Shown here in pieces: positions 51,943 through 64,000 of a stretch of DNA of 64,000 nt; the stretch's first letter is position 1; every line of letters starts with the position of its first letter. The DNA is from Ophelia neglecta. Lineage: Eukaryota. A model generated the notes under the pieces. That model saw only the letters and a program-made list of their open reading frames with translations. It had not been told where the DNA came from and did not search any database. Where the stretch lies: NCBI GenBank assembly GCA_965285935.1, contig OZ260662.1, forward strand, positions 29,078,001 to 29,142,000, given 5' to 3'. The position numbers and the translations under genes are program-made.

Positions 51943-53906
51943 GTAAACAACAGTCTATCAAAATAAAAAATAAAAAACTCTGCTCTTAGGAATATAAAAC
52001 TCTCATAAATATCAAAAGTCTTCTCTTCGTATATGATATGAATTCCCGTTATTCTAGACTCCCCTTATAATATATAAAGTCTTCTCTTATAATATATAAT
52101 CCCCCTCCCCTCCCCCCTCACCCCCCCCCCCCTAGAAAAAAATAAGAAGTCTACCTTATATATAGAGAAGTTTACCTAGAAATATAAAAGTCTACTCCTG
52201 TATGTATAAAACTTCTGTATATGATATAAACTAAAGTTTTCACAATGTTTGTAAGGCATGTATTGGTGACCAGGAGAGAGGACGGGCTCAGCATAGTCTC
52301 ATGTAACTAAGTAGTATATTACTTGTACATGACATATGGCCATTTTAACATGTCGTTAAATGCCCTGACATAATTGTTGTGACTCCACTGTGGTCTTTGA
52401 CCCACTCCTCGGGCCATGTCCTCTCAATAAGCCCTTAAAACTAGCAGTATATAGATGCATTTTGTATTCTTAGAGCTATCAGTCTTGACAAGAGTCTCAG
52501 TTATTGTTAACAGCTGAGACTCACTGAAGTCCAGAATCTCAACTCCCCATGTACCAGTAATTTTTGGATAATTTAGTTAAACAAAGAATACCTGGATCAG
52601 CTATACATAGTATTTAAAATAACTAGAATTAATACTTGTATTATTTTTTCTACAAGTATAACCAAATTCATTTATATGATTGAATAACTTAGAAGTAGTG
52701 TAAAAATGAAAGTCTATAGGAATGGGTTAACATGTTTGAAAGACTTCTCATCAGATGCAATAACTGGAGTAGTGCAGTTAAACTGTAAGAAATGAATCTC
52801 ACTTCTAGTAGTATATATGCAAATGGTTCGAGCTCATTCAGAAGAGGGCAGCATGAAAGTTTTAAATCACTACTAGAGTATCAGTTGTCGTTTGGTCTGA
52901 TTTGTATTAATACCTATGGACTCTCACAGCCAAATTGCCAATGGGTTCTTCAAAGACTTATTTGATACCCATTAATAGATTGATTATCTTGTCCATAGAA
53001 TATAGCTATCAATATCAGAATGTGCTAGTCCTAAGTATCTATATCCCTTTGGTCTGTCATGGCCTTACTGTTCATACATGGATAAGTACATGTAGAAAGA
53101 GGGCCACTCACCATTTACATGTATTATTCACTAACCCAGTGCTCACATTACAACCAAGACACTGATTCTCCTAAGATCTCCTGTTGTCTATTAATAACTG
53201 GCTGTGCCTGCCATACACCTTGTATCTCTCCTCACTTGCCTTCCCCGCTATGGTATCTACATCAAAAGCAGGTTTTTTTTTTATAAAACCTGCTCTTGAT
53301 GATTTCATTGATGTCTGATCAGACTGGTACAGCCATGATAACCTTTATACTGTAACCACCATGTATCACACACATGTGTGTACAGCTGCTTTGTGGTCAC
53401 TTTACATGCTAAACATTTAGTGAATATTTTAATGACAGATTGATCAGTAAATCACATGCACATGTATGATTTTTTGCGCTTTTACTGGCTGAATATGTTA
53501 ATAATTGATATACATGGACACATTCTACATAAATGTATACAAATTATCGGAAGTGGCGGAGTTTGTAAATGGTAGATGTGACTTGTCCGCCATTAGGTCA
53601 AATACCATCAGAATTTCCGGCTGTGTTTGACAGTCTGACATGATTGTGTTTTCTTAAGGAGACATTTGGCTTTAAGAGCCTTGATTGGTCAGACAATGTA
53701 TTGTGTTTGTCTCTCTGTGCCCCTTTGTCCGCAATCAATTCTGGCACACTTTACTAATGTATAACCTTCCTGACTGTTTGATACATGGTCGCTATTCTAT
53801 TCACTGCTTAGAATTGTAATTATATAAGATTTAAGTGTGTGGGCATTTGTGTCATTTCGGCATATCTCAGGGTCTGGCTATAAGTACACTTTATCCTTTT
53901 AAACTA

Positions 53907-54413
53907 CAGCATAGACTCAATAAACCGAACTTCAATTAACCGAATTTCCGGATTAACCGAAATGAATCCATGTCCCCCGAAAATAGCAAATAAAATCTAA
54001 AAAAAAATGATTCCATCATATTTCTTGGGAAACAACAGGTTTAAATCAGGAGTATGTCACAGGTATTCGTATGGTGTTAACTAATTGCAGTTCTGTTTGG
54101 CGCCGCATTCGCCCTTCCCGACAGCCTAGCTTTGTAATCAAAGGCCGTCTACATATTGTGTCCGAGAACCGGCCCTTCTTTGATTAATACTGATAATCTT
54201 ACGTTTTTTTTTATTTGTCTTTGTTTTCTGATGATAAATTCAGAAATCCATATCTAACTCAACCACAAAACCATATAAAATCGTACCGAACTCCGCTGAA
54301 CGGAACGGGGGGTGGGGGGTGGGGGGGGTGGGGTGGACACGATCAACCGAATCCCCGCTTAACCGAACAAAATTGTTGTCCCCGGACGAGTTCGGTTAAT
54401 TGAGTCTATGCTG
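53907..54413. mobile_element. 507-bp pogo/Tigger-type MITE
   Basis: TA|CAGCATAGACTCAATAAACCGAACT...AGTTCGGTTAATTGAGTCTATGCTG|TA: 25-bp TIR with one mismatch, TA TSD, and repeated subterminal AACCGAA motifs. Confidence 0.9.
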
Positions 54414-57400
54414 TACAATTTAATGGAATTTTTGTTGATCTTGAACCCATGAATAGCTTTTGGAATTCAAGCCTTGTCAAACATTGAATATTGGCCAGAG
54501 CGCTGACCGACTGACTCTTGATGTCACCACCAATGATGTTCTAAAATAATTATAAAACTCCTAACACTAGAGAACTTAGGTTGCCCACTGCGATCTGGGC
54601 TCCTGTGGCTGTCGGTGATCAGCGACATAACGTAATACAAGTCAACGTCTTTTATCAAGTGAGTTTCTTTGTTCACTTTGAGACTATTATTCCATTCCAG
54701 CCAAGGCGCTGTCAGTCTTGAGATAGTGTCAATTCTTTTCTGCCTCCTTCCAACGCTTTTCTCTGGCTTATGCAATGCGAAATAATTCATCAATTGAAAT
54801 TTGATAAAGGTAATTTCCCAGGGATTTCATGCTGAATGCCATGATAACCTGGTTTAATTAACTTTATCAAAATCCCCAGATACGGCCAGTTGTATTTTCC
54901 CTTATCTGGGACCCCTCATACTTGACAGCAGACAATTTAACCTGCATGGTCAGTTGGAAATTTCAATAGAAAAATTTGGAAATTTGCGATAAAGTCTGCT
55001 GTTGGCCGGCTGCCTTGTTAAGTAATATTATTTTAGTGAATCATCATGCCAACTGAGGAGGTGAATGGTAAAACTAATATTCATGTTGAGATATTTTTTA
55101 CACATTTATCTTGGAGATTGATCCTCTGGGTGGATTGTTCTGTTGTAACAACACAAACCAGGTCCATATCCAAAGGTCAGCCCTGACATTCTTGTATTTC
55201 TAATTGATTCAAAGCATGATGAATTATCAACAGATTTATATTAATCTAGTGAAGAGCTCAGATTGCTGTTTGGTATACATTTTGTGCATGATCCACTCTC
55301 TCAATGGCCACTCTGGCATTTTTGTTTCATTAAACTTTGATGATAGCATAGAGTGATGGCCCATCATCCATGTGCCAATGAAATGATGGACGTATTGGGT
55401 TCTTACTAAGTTGCAAAATGTTGTCTTTATTTTATGGCTGTCCATTAATTTCTGGATAACTTTATGTTGCAGCACTTCTTACCACATAAATGAACTAGCA
55501 CTCGTGTTATGGCCCCTTGTAGGTGTAGATAGCTGCAATGTTATAAAAAGCTGTGTAAATGTAGTCACAAAATGGAGTCACATGATATGCCCACTCTTGG
55601 TAGTTTACCAGAAATTGATGATCGTGTGTTTGAAAAAGATATTAGCCTTATCACAGTTGTTGGGACATTAATCAGACAATTTGATGGTCATTTTTCATGG
55701 CAGAATCCAATATTTTATTGTGGCGATTGTCACTAAATGGGTGTGAGAAAAACAGCTAATTGACCAATTTGGTCATGATGAGATCAATTTGACAAAATTG
55801 CTACCATTTGAAAAGCTGTATCCGGGGACACTTTCTGTAGCTTTAATAGCTGGGCTGCTTTTCCTGGATCTCCCTCAATCAGTTTGTTTTTTCTGATGCA
55901 ACATGGAATCTAAAAGATTTGATGTATTGGTTTAATTAAGTTTGGGAAAACTGTGATTAAGAGTTCACCCATGGGAGCAATTATATGGAGAGTTCAGTAA
56001 AAAAAAGGGCTCATCTCATCTTGCAAATGTTGCATAATTGGAAGATTTTCATTTATTGGCATTCTAGTGATTGTCAAAAGATCCTTAATGGCTAGGAGCA
56101 TGATTTGCAAGAAACTTGGAATATCTAGGCATGAAGTCAGCTCATGTCCACGAGAATCGATCCAAGGTTATCAGGGTTGAGGAACCAATTATCTGAAGAA
56201 CACAGGCTGTTTGGCGCCATGACATCGAGATCTGTGACCCTTGACCTCTTGTCTTGTCATCCAATTGCAAGGGTCAAAGTGGAACTTCCACGAAAGGTTC
56301 CAAAAGCAGAGGTCATAGTGTCAGGTAGGAACCGTCAGTCTCTCTCCGGAGACTGCGTCATCCTACGGCAGAAACGGACTCAAGTGTAACAACATGCATA
56401 AAGTGTGCCCAATAGTCAGCAAAAGATCAAACTAAAATGATTTATTGGTGAAAGATCCCATGAAATTGTATCAGACTCTTTTGTTAAGGTAATACCAAAA
56501 TGACAATACACATGTAAACGGAACTCGTGACTTGAACTTAGCTCGAGATGTCTTGAAAGTAGTATTGTTAACTTTTATCTCCACATGACACCAGCTGAAA
56601 TAATTTGATGCTTCACCATAATTTATTATTTCTGGGTCAAACAATGAGCAGGTTATACACAAGGACAGAACTGATAGATGGCTCAAGAGGCGAGCAATGT
56701 TACAGAGGGCGCATGAAAAATGTGTTTGGAGGGAGGTGTGCTGAGTTGGGAGTTAGTTGTGACTGTATATGACTACCAGGGGGACTGTAAACTACTGTGG
56801 ACCAATGGAGCAGGCTGGCTTCACATTTCTCATGTAGTTTATAGGCAGGTTTATGACTAGCCCACACCATTGTCAGCAGACAGTCTCACTCCTAATTCTC
56901 ATTAACTATCTGACGCTCTTTTCCCATTAGGATTATTCCTTCTTTTTGGAGCCATGCATTGTAACCCACACCACATTCAATTTTCCAGTTGTTTATAACT
57001 TCAGCATTTTCCTAGACTAAGTAAAAAGTTTAATTTAGCCTGAATTGTGATAGTTATTGTCAGTTGTCAACATTCAAACATCATCTGACCTACACTACTT
57101 TTAGATTCAGGCCCAGCTTTTAATTGTGATTTGTTTCTTTTCTTGACTTAGACTTTTGTGCACTTTAAATAGATTACTTTGAGAAGCCTTTTCCAAGTTA
57201 TTGGCTTGCAATGGATTATCTGTACATAAAGCCCAGGCAGCCTTTGTTACTTCCATTGATCATCCCTGATCGATTGCTGATCCAAGTTCCATGTTTTAAC
57301 TTTTTCCTTTGGCAACATTTAAGGATGCACAATGGGCAACCTTGATCTATATTTGTCGGCATCAGTCACTCGAATGCTTTAGTCAGGTTAAATGTATGGG

Positions 57401-58978
57401 ATTTCTTGATTCATGGTATCGTGGGCTCCAAAATGGCGGGCTCAAAGGTAGCGGCGGAGATTTAGAGAGTTCTAAATTCCTAGCAACAAGCTCAGAATGG
57501 CAGTTGAGGCTAAGTTGGGACTAACAAGGGATCACTTAGAATGCTCGGCCACGAGTAGCCCCTTGACAGATTGTTCAGGGTTGGGAGGGGCAAGCCAACA
57601 CCAGCTATCTGTTAATGAAACTTTTCTGCCTTCATCAGGGATTCACAGGGTGGGGTGGGGAGTTGAGCAGAACCGACACAATATGAAGTAATTAGAATTG
57701 CTGATATTTTTGTCCTATGGTAAAAAGATCAATCAAATCCAGTTAAGTCCATGTCAGCCCTCCTCATGGGTTTTGCCCAGATATTGCTTGGGGTATTTGG
57801 AAATCTCATAACAGTGATACATGGGATGTCATCAAGTCGTATGTGGAAAGAATCACTCAGTATGTGTGATTGCCTGCTGTAACCCTAGCAAGGCTCTTCT
57901 CAAAAGCCTTTCCAGATTTAAAAGAAGTTAGGTTTATTGTGCGCAAGTAAATCATATTTGGCCTTCCTTGCTGGCGCGTCGTCTCAAGGCTGGATTGTGA
58001 TTGACTGTTTCCTATGAGTGTGGAAACCGCTCTTGTTGTGTCGATCCCGAGAAGGAATCCATTCAAATCTCTAAATTCATTTCCTGATCATGGCAAAGGG
58101 AGATCATTTTGTGCGCGTGAAGTTTATCATGGTACTGCTGATCTGTATTTTAATTCCATGTTTTCCCTTCCTGCCTGGTAATGGAAGCTTTGTATTTGAC
58201 AATTCAAGGTTTTGAGGTGGCCTTGCTTGTTGCAAGCCGTACTTCATGTGCTTCAGTCCTCCAAGACAAATTGGGCTATATCACCAGAGGGATAGTGCCC
58301 CTTAAAACTGTATATTTGGCTAAAGTATCTATAAACGTCAAGCCGCCTATATGTGCCCCCAGGTTTCGGGATTGGCTTAAGATCTATATTGAACATCCAT
58401 ACGATAAATTCTGGAATTTATGGCCAGCCAAAAGCCCTTCAATGAGCTGTGGCCCTGATATATACATTTTCTATTGACAAATTGGCCAATTTCTCTCCAG
58501 CTCAGGCCCAGAAAAGCATATTATCCGTTCTGTCTATTACCACCCACACTAAGTGAAAATTTGCTGCCACGAAATGCCTCCTTACACTATATTTGTCAGT
58601 TAATGAAAAGCACCCAACAAAATCCTCAAGTAAGAACTCTTAATTAATTTGACTTGTTGACTAATTAATAACTAATACCTTATCCATATTTGGCAAATTA
58701 TAAGATTGTATGTGCTTTAACTTATCTGCCCTGCTGCCCTGGTGTCTGCACTTATCTATTGTCCTAATTAAGTGACTTAATGAGATTGGCTATAGACGAG
58801 GGGATGTCAAGCATGCAATCCCTTCTCATTATTACATGCAAAACACCACTATGGGATTACTTTATTAAAAAGCTAATTAAACCAGGGTTAATGGAAAACT
58901 CCTTCATTATCTCCCACCCATTAAACAGTGTTCATCCTCGCCACCATCTATCCATGAAAGATGGGAGAAATATCACAA

Positions 58979-59285
58979 CACAACTGTGTGGGGTGAATCT
59001 TATAAGGGCTCATCACCTCACAACTGTGTGGGGTGAATCTTATAAGGGCTCGTCACCTCACAACTGTGTGGGGTGAATCTTATAAGGGCTCATCACCTCA
59101 CAACTGTGTGGGGTGAATCTTATAAGGGCTCGTCACCTCACAAAAAGGAGAAATGAAATAACACAACTGTGTGGGGTGAATAACTGTGTAGGGTGAATAA
59201 CTGTGTAGGGTGAACATTTGTGTTATTTTATTTATCCATTTCATGATGTGTAGGGTGAACCTTATAAGGGCTCATTACCTCACAA
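58979..59285. repeat. 40-bp minisatellite (CACAACTGTGTGGGGTGAATCTTATAAGGGCTC[A/G]TCACCT), 4 copies plus decayed partial copies
   Basis: Units start at 58979, 59019, 59059 and 59099, with A/G variants alternating. Confidence 0.93.
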
Positions 59286-62200
59286 AATGGAGAAATAGAA
59301 TAACAGACAAGCACAGGATGAACATACACATATATCCACCCTATGTCAATAGTCTCATGAATACAGGAGATGTGTCAGGGAAAAAAGCCCACCTTCAATC
59401 CACCTCACAATATGCCAGTGAAAGATGAAAGGATCAATATGATTTTTATATACACTGTACAGGTATGTGAACTGAATGTGGTTGTCATGACAGTAATGCC
59501 AGCCTAATACCCTGTAGGATCCCTCACATCAATGATATTTAACTATTTCAGCACCATTTCCTTGATGTTTTCAGTTGTCTTAGTGCAGAATGCTTATTAT
59601 GTCATCAAATCATTTTTTTTTTAAATTCCTAATGTCATTGTTAACTAGAGCCAAGTGCCTAGATTGGTACAGCATACCTGTATTTGACATTTCATGCATA
59701 TTGACTGCATTGTATCACCATAAAGTGTACATAACTACCTACATAAAACCCTCAAGAGCACTGTCGCCTTTTGTCGACAATAGTCGCCTGTGGTGCCGAC
59801 AGTTTAAAACATTCTGTTTTCAGTCTTTTCTCTTTGATGAATTTTTAGGAATTGAGTCTTCATTAACTCTTCAAACTTCAGGATGGATTTATTTCATTAA
59901 TGAAATATGGCATATCCAATTAGATTTTATCCTTCAATTTCATTCTGTCTTATAAAGGATGGCAGGGATGGACAGCTTCTGTGTGATTGATAGAGAGTAC
60001 CATTGTCATGTGGAGTCTTTGAATTAGACATTGATTAGGATTTTGGTGGTGTCTTTTATTAATTTATTGCTGTTGGGGGTATGAGAGCACTATCTTAGTG
60101 GGTCAGTGTCTATTGGATTGTAGAAACTAGCTTTTCTATTGTACCATATAATGCAAAATTCTAACAAATGATTAGAAATTAGGCCTGAACCCGGTTAAGT
60201 TGACTAATACACCATTAGATTTAATTTACTTTCCACTAATTTGTCATGGCATATCTTCTGTTACCAAGTGACAGCTTATCAGAATATGGTGAGGATGATC
60301 AGTCAGTGGCTTATTGTATTAAACAGGGCATTAATCCAGGCGTTAAGCCCAGTAACTGTCATTAAAGTCACCACAGATGGTCACTCCAGAGGCCAGTCTC
60401 TCTTGCCTAGGCCTATTGTCTCTGATTTAGCCAATATTGCCTGGAATTTGTCATCCTCTGATGAATTGACATCCTACTAGGCCTTCTCGGAGGTGTCCAT
60501 ATGATTTACTGATTATGATAATACCAGTTTTATCTTGTTTTAATGGAATGCGGAGGAGTGAATGTGTTTAGGGAGACCCTTTCTGCATATGAACAGATGC
60601 AGGCTCCACCCAGGCGGCCGGCTTCTGACAAGTATTTATAGACTGCTATCCCTGGCAGCAGACTTTTTTTTAACTCAGAGATTAATATCTTCATTATTCA
60701 CTCCCCAAGCTTTGGACCTGCATTATATTTATCACCAACGATTTCATATCGGTTATGCAAAAATCTAGCTTCACGACAGTATTTGTTTGTGTTTGGTTGA
60801 TGATAGTAGTATCAGCTGGATGGGTGTTATCTCCTGCATCATGTTACGTCACTGGCAATTTTCATGTTGGAGATTCTTCACAAGCAATTATTGTGGTGGT
60901 GAAAAAAACATTATTGATAAAATATACACGCCCATCAGTTAAAAGAGTGTTTGGGAGATGAGTCAGATCACTTTGTGGATTGAAATATATTGTTATATCA
61001 GCAGTGCTCTATATCTCTCAACATCTTTTGCTACAAAGTATGGTGAGGCGTCTGATGTTTCAACAGATGTAAATTTGACAGAGTGGAGTGTATTTAGATT
61101 ACAGTTTCTTTTAAGTTCTGTTTTTAGATTGCTTGTGACTTGGTACTCTACTCTTCTATAAACTAAATGGATCATTTCCCAGAGCATAGATCAGTTTTCA
61201 TTCTCTATGTGCAGATCACTGCTCAATATTTTATGATCATGTTCCCCTGGTAATGTCACACGCAAGAAATTGGCCAAGAATTTAGCTGCAAGCCATTCAG
61301 AGTATTCATGCATATATCCACTTGAGAATTGTTTAAGTGCTTGAATCCCCTTCCTACCCAGCAAAAACTCACCAGGAATCATATCTATTGGCTGTCTGTG
61401 GACTAGGGCTCTAGGAGCAGATTATCTCATATGTGAAAGCAACTCAATTTAGGAGAGACCTCATGGACAAAGTCATTTGCTGTTCTCAATTTCCATTATG
61501 TATTGTCTAATGCCAAAGCTAACCACCCTCAAATTTAATTTTGTAAAGAGGTTCCCAGTGTAAAGTATTGAAATAGTTGTCCTTTGTCCTGAGTTGTTGG
61601 TGTGAGGTAAATCAGTCAGCTATCTATCATTTAGTTGTTGGTAGCAGTGGTGGAGTTTGACATCACTCTTAGCATTGACTGCTCCCCAGTGATAGCAGAC
61701 GGAGGATAAAATGTCTCTGCTAACTGTCTGTTGTCAATCTGCCTAAAACCTTGATGGCATAGACTTGTTACAGTGGCTATGAATATGTTATTTAAATGTT
61801 GGATAAAATCACACGGGAATGTTTGGTAGGGATGTATAATTATTTTAATCCATTTGATATGATAGTTAATTTGACTTGGAGATAGGGCTCAGTTCCCATC
61901 CAAGTTTTGACTTTCTATTTTAACTCCTCCAAGAGATCAGCCAATTGTGAAATAAGTTGACCAATGTGGTGATTGTGTCCTGTCTGCTTCATTGAGAATC
62001 TCTGGGGAGAATAGTGTCACTTGATGTAATACTCGTTTTGTATGCAAATTGCATTGAGTAACACCGGGGCAGATGATACTGGGGTGGGAAATTAAAGCCT
62101 ATTAGGCACTGACAATGTCTGCCATCTCAAACCCCCACAACAATAAGGTGGGTGAATCTACTTGGCTGGATGTTGGTCTAACATGTCTAATGGAGTGATC

Positions 62201-64000
62201 ACTGTTATCCAAGGTTATCCATGCCGTGCCTTCACATCTGCCTAGGAGCTGTAAGGTTGATTTAGGCAGTTATTGTGTGTATAGAATTCAGCTCTTCAGG
62301 TAAACTATACAGGTCTAAGCCATGGGTCTGGGGTGACCCGGGCAGACTCGAACTCGCCGGCTGACCCCTGTGACACACAGAAATGGATACATCAGACAGA
62401 TGTGACCCAATGATTTCACACCTTACCAAACACACTGGAAAAAGTACAAAGAGTGCCAAAAAGTCAATTATCAAACGGCTGGCATTGTTTAGAGACAAAC
62501 GTTTCCCATAATTGGACATGCAGAAATGTGTTTGTGTGGTAATGTGATGTGCTGGGTTAGTGTCAAGGTGCAAAAGGTCAAGTTTGTTCTCATCTGACAT
62601 ATTAAGTTAAATGGTCATGGTCAACTCTGACAGTGAAAAAGTGACTTTATCACCAGCCAATGTAAATACTAACACCCTTGGTATAAATTTTCTTGTGACT
62701 ATTTTCACAAGAGAGTTCTATCTGCTGGTGGCTGCTATCTTGGCTCTGGTTCTCACTGTTAACCCCCCCCCCCCCTCAGTACCCCCTCCCCCTAGTGCCC
62801 CAAAGCACCCACCGAGGCTGGCTTCCAGTTTGACATGATGGAGGCACAAGCTTCCACCAGGGTTAACAGCCCTCCACCTCCAACCTAAACATGACCTCCA
62901 TATGCCCAGCAATGAACACGCCTGCCTCTGATCATCTTTGTTTTTGAGCTGTCTCTGCTCGACAGCCTCCCACCGAAACAAACTGATGAGATATATGTCT
63001 GTATCATTGGCTAGGCTATCACACATGTCAAGTTTCAGCTTCTTGATCTGACCGTGGCTCCACTTGGTAGCACTCAGGAAACAAACCAATAAGCGTAAAT
63101 CACACTAGTTACTACATGACGGCTTCCTTGCCGTATGTTTAGACTTATTTACCACAATATTTAACCAGCTCTTTGCTGACTTCCTGAAAAAGTCATTGAA
63201 TTGAAATACATGAAAATGCTATGCAAATTAATGTTTATTGTGCTTTGTGCATCCTAGGCGGTAAAAATACTACTTGTATTGTACATTTTTTATGTTCTTA
63301 GTGCCACTGATACTCATTCCCCAGAAGTCCACTTGTGTTTGCTGTCCGGAAGTCTTGGTTGTGGGTAGTTTGTACCTTTATGCAGCACACTATTGATTGG
63401 TCATTGCTGCAGTCCTTTCTTGAGGCGGCTTTGGCTAAAAGCCTTGCCCTTGAGGGTGTGTAGGGTTTTGATTAGTTTGTGATATATTGGTAGGCAAGCT
63501 ACTACTTAATTTAAGCTAAACAGGTCCTCTGAGATAGATTAATTATTCCTCTGCGTTGAATGGCGGAGCTGGCATTTGGACAGCACCAGTTAGACTCTCA
63601 ATTTGGAGTCCGGGGCTGGACTAAGTTATTTGGCAAGCTGAGTATGTCACTGGGAAGCAGTTGGCTTAGAGCGGGTAAGGAAGTATTTAATTTGGGCCAA
63701 TTGCTTTAGTGATATTGAGGCAATCAGGTTGCTTATCTCTCTGTCAATCTACTGTATGGCCAATAGCGCTGCCTGCTTACATGTATGTTATTTGTTAGAT
63801 GCTGTATGCAGTCCAGCTCTCAAAGGCAGCAAGATCAGGGATTTGATTAACAAGGGGGACAATAAGACCTCTCCATGTGGAATTCTCAAGGAAATTGCCT
63901 GCAGATCTTAATGGTCTATATGATAATGAATCTGCCAAGAAGCTTCAAGCAAATGGCTATCATAGCACCCCCCTTTTTGGGGCAGGCAATAACAAAACTG

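Noticed and set aside
51943-64000. Search for a further zinc-finger or terminal exon of the ZMAT3-like gene
   Set aside because: No C-x2-C...H-x5-H motif or convincing phase-1 exon was seen. It may lie outside the window or be too short to detect by eye.

Overview
Eukaryotic (animal, probably invertebrate) genomic DNA: AT-rich, CpG-depleted, with no prokaryotic gene organisation. The window lies inside one large + strand gene for a matrin/U1-type (dsRNA-binding C2H2) zinc-finger protein most like ZMAT3/Wig-1 (ZMAT/ZNF385 family). Three internal coding exons (3563-4104, 45081-45268, 51785-51942) each carry one finger and splice together in frame across introns of about 41 kb and 6.5 kb. The first and last exons were not found. 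The introns hold: a 2-kb CpG-rich Helentron-type non-autonomous element (HINE/DINE-1 architecture), two decayed DIRS/Ngaro-like retrotransposon fragments (gag-like ORF and tyrosine recombinase), a 94-bp fold-back MITE with an 8-bp TSD, two pogo/Tigger-type MITEs, and about a dozen unrelated minisatellite or low-complexity arrays. Nearly all other ORFs in the track are repeat-derived or spurious. I cannot establish a new biological system from this sequence. The best leads are the HINE carrying clustered NRF1/YY1 motifs, the hairpin MITE inside a dsRNA-binder's own intron, the out-of-order DIRS fragments, and the structured satellites.
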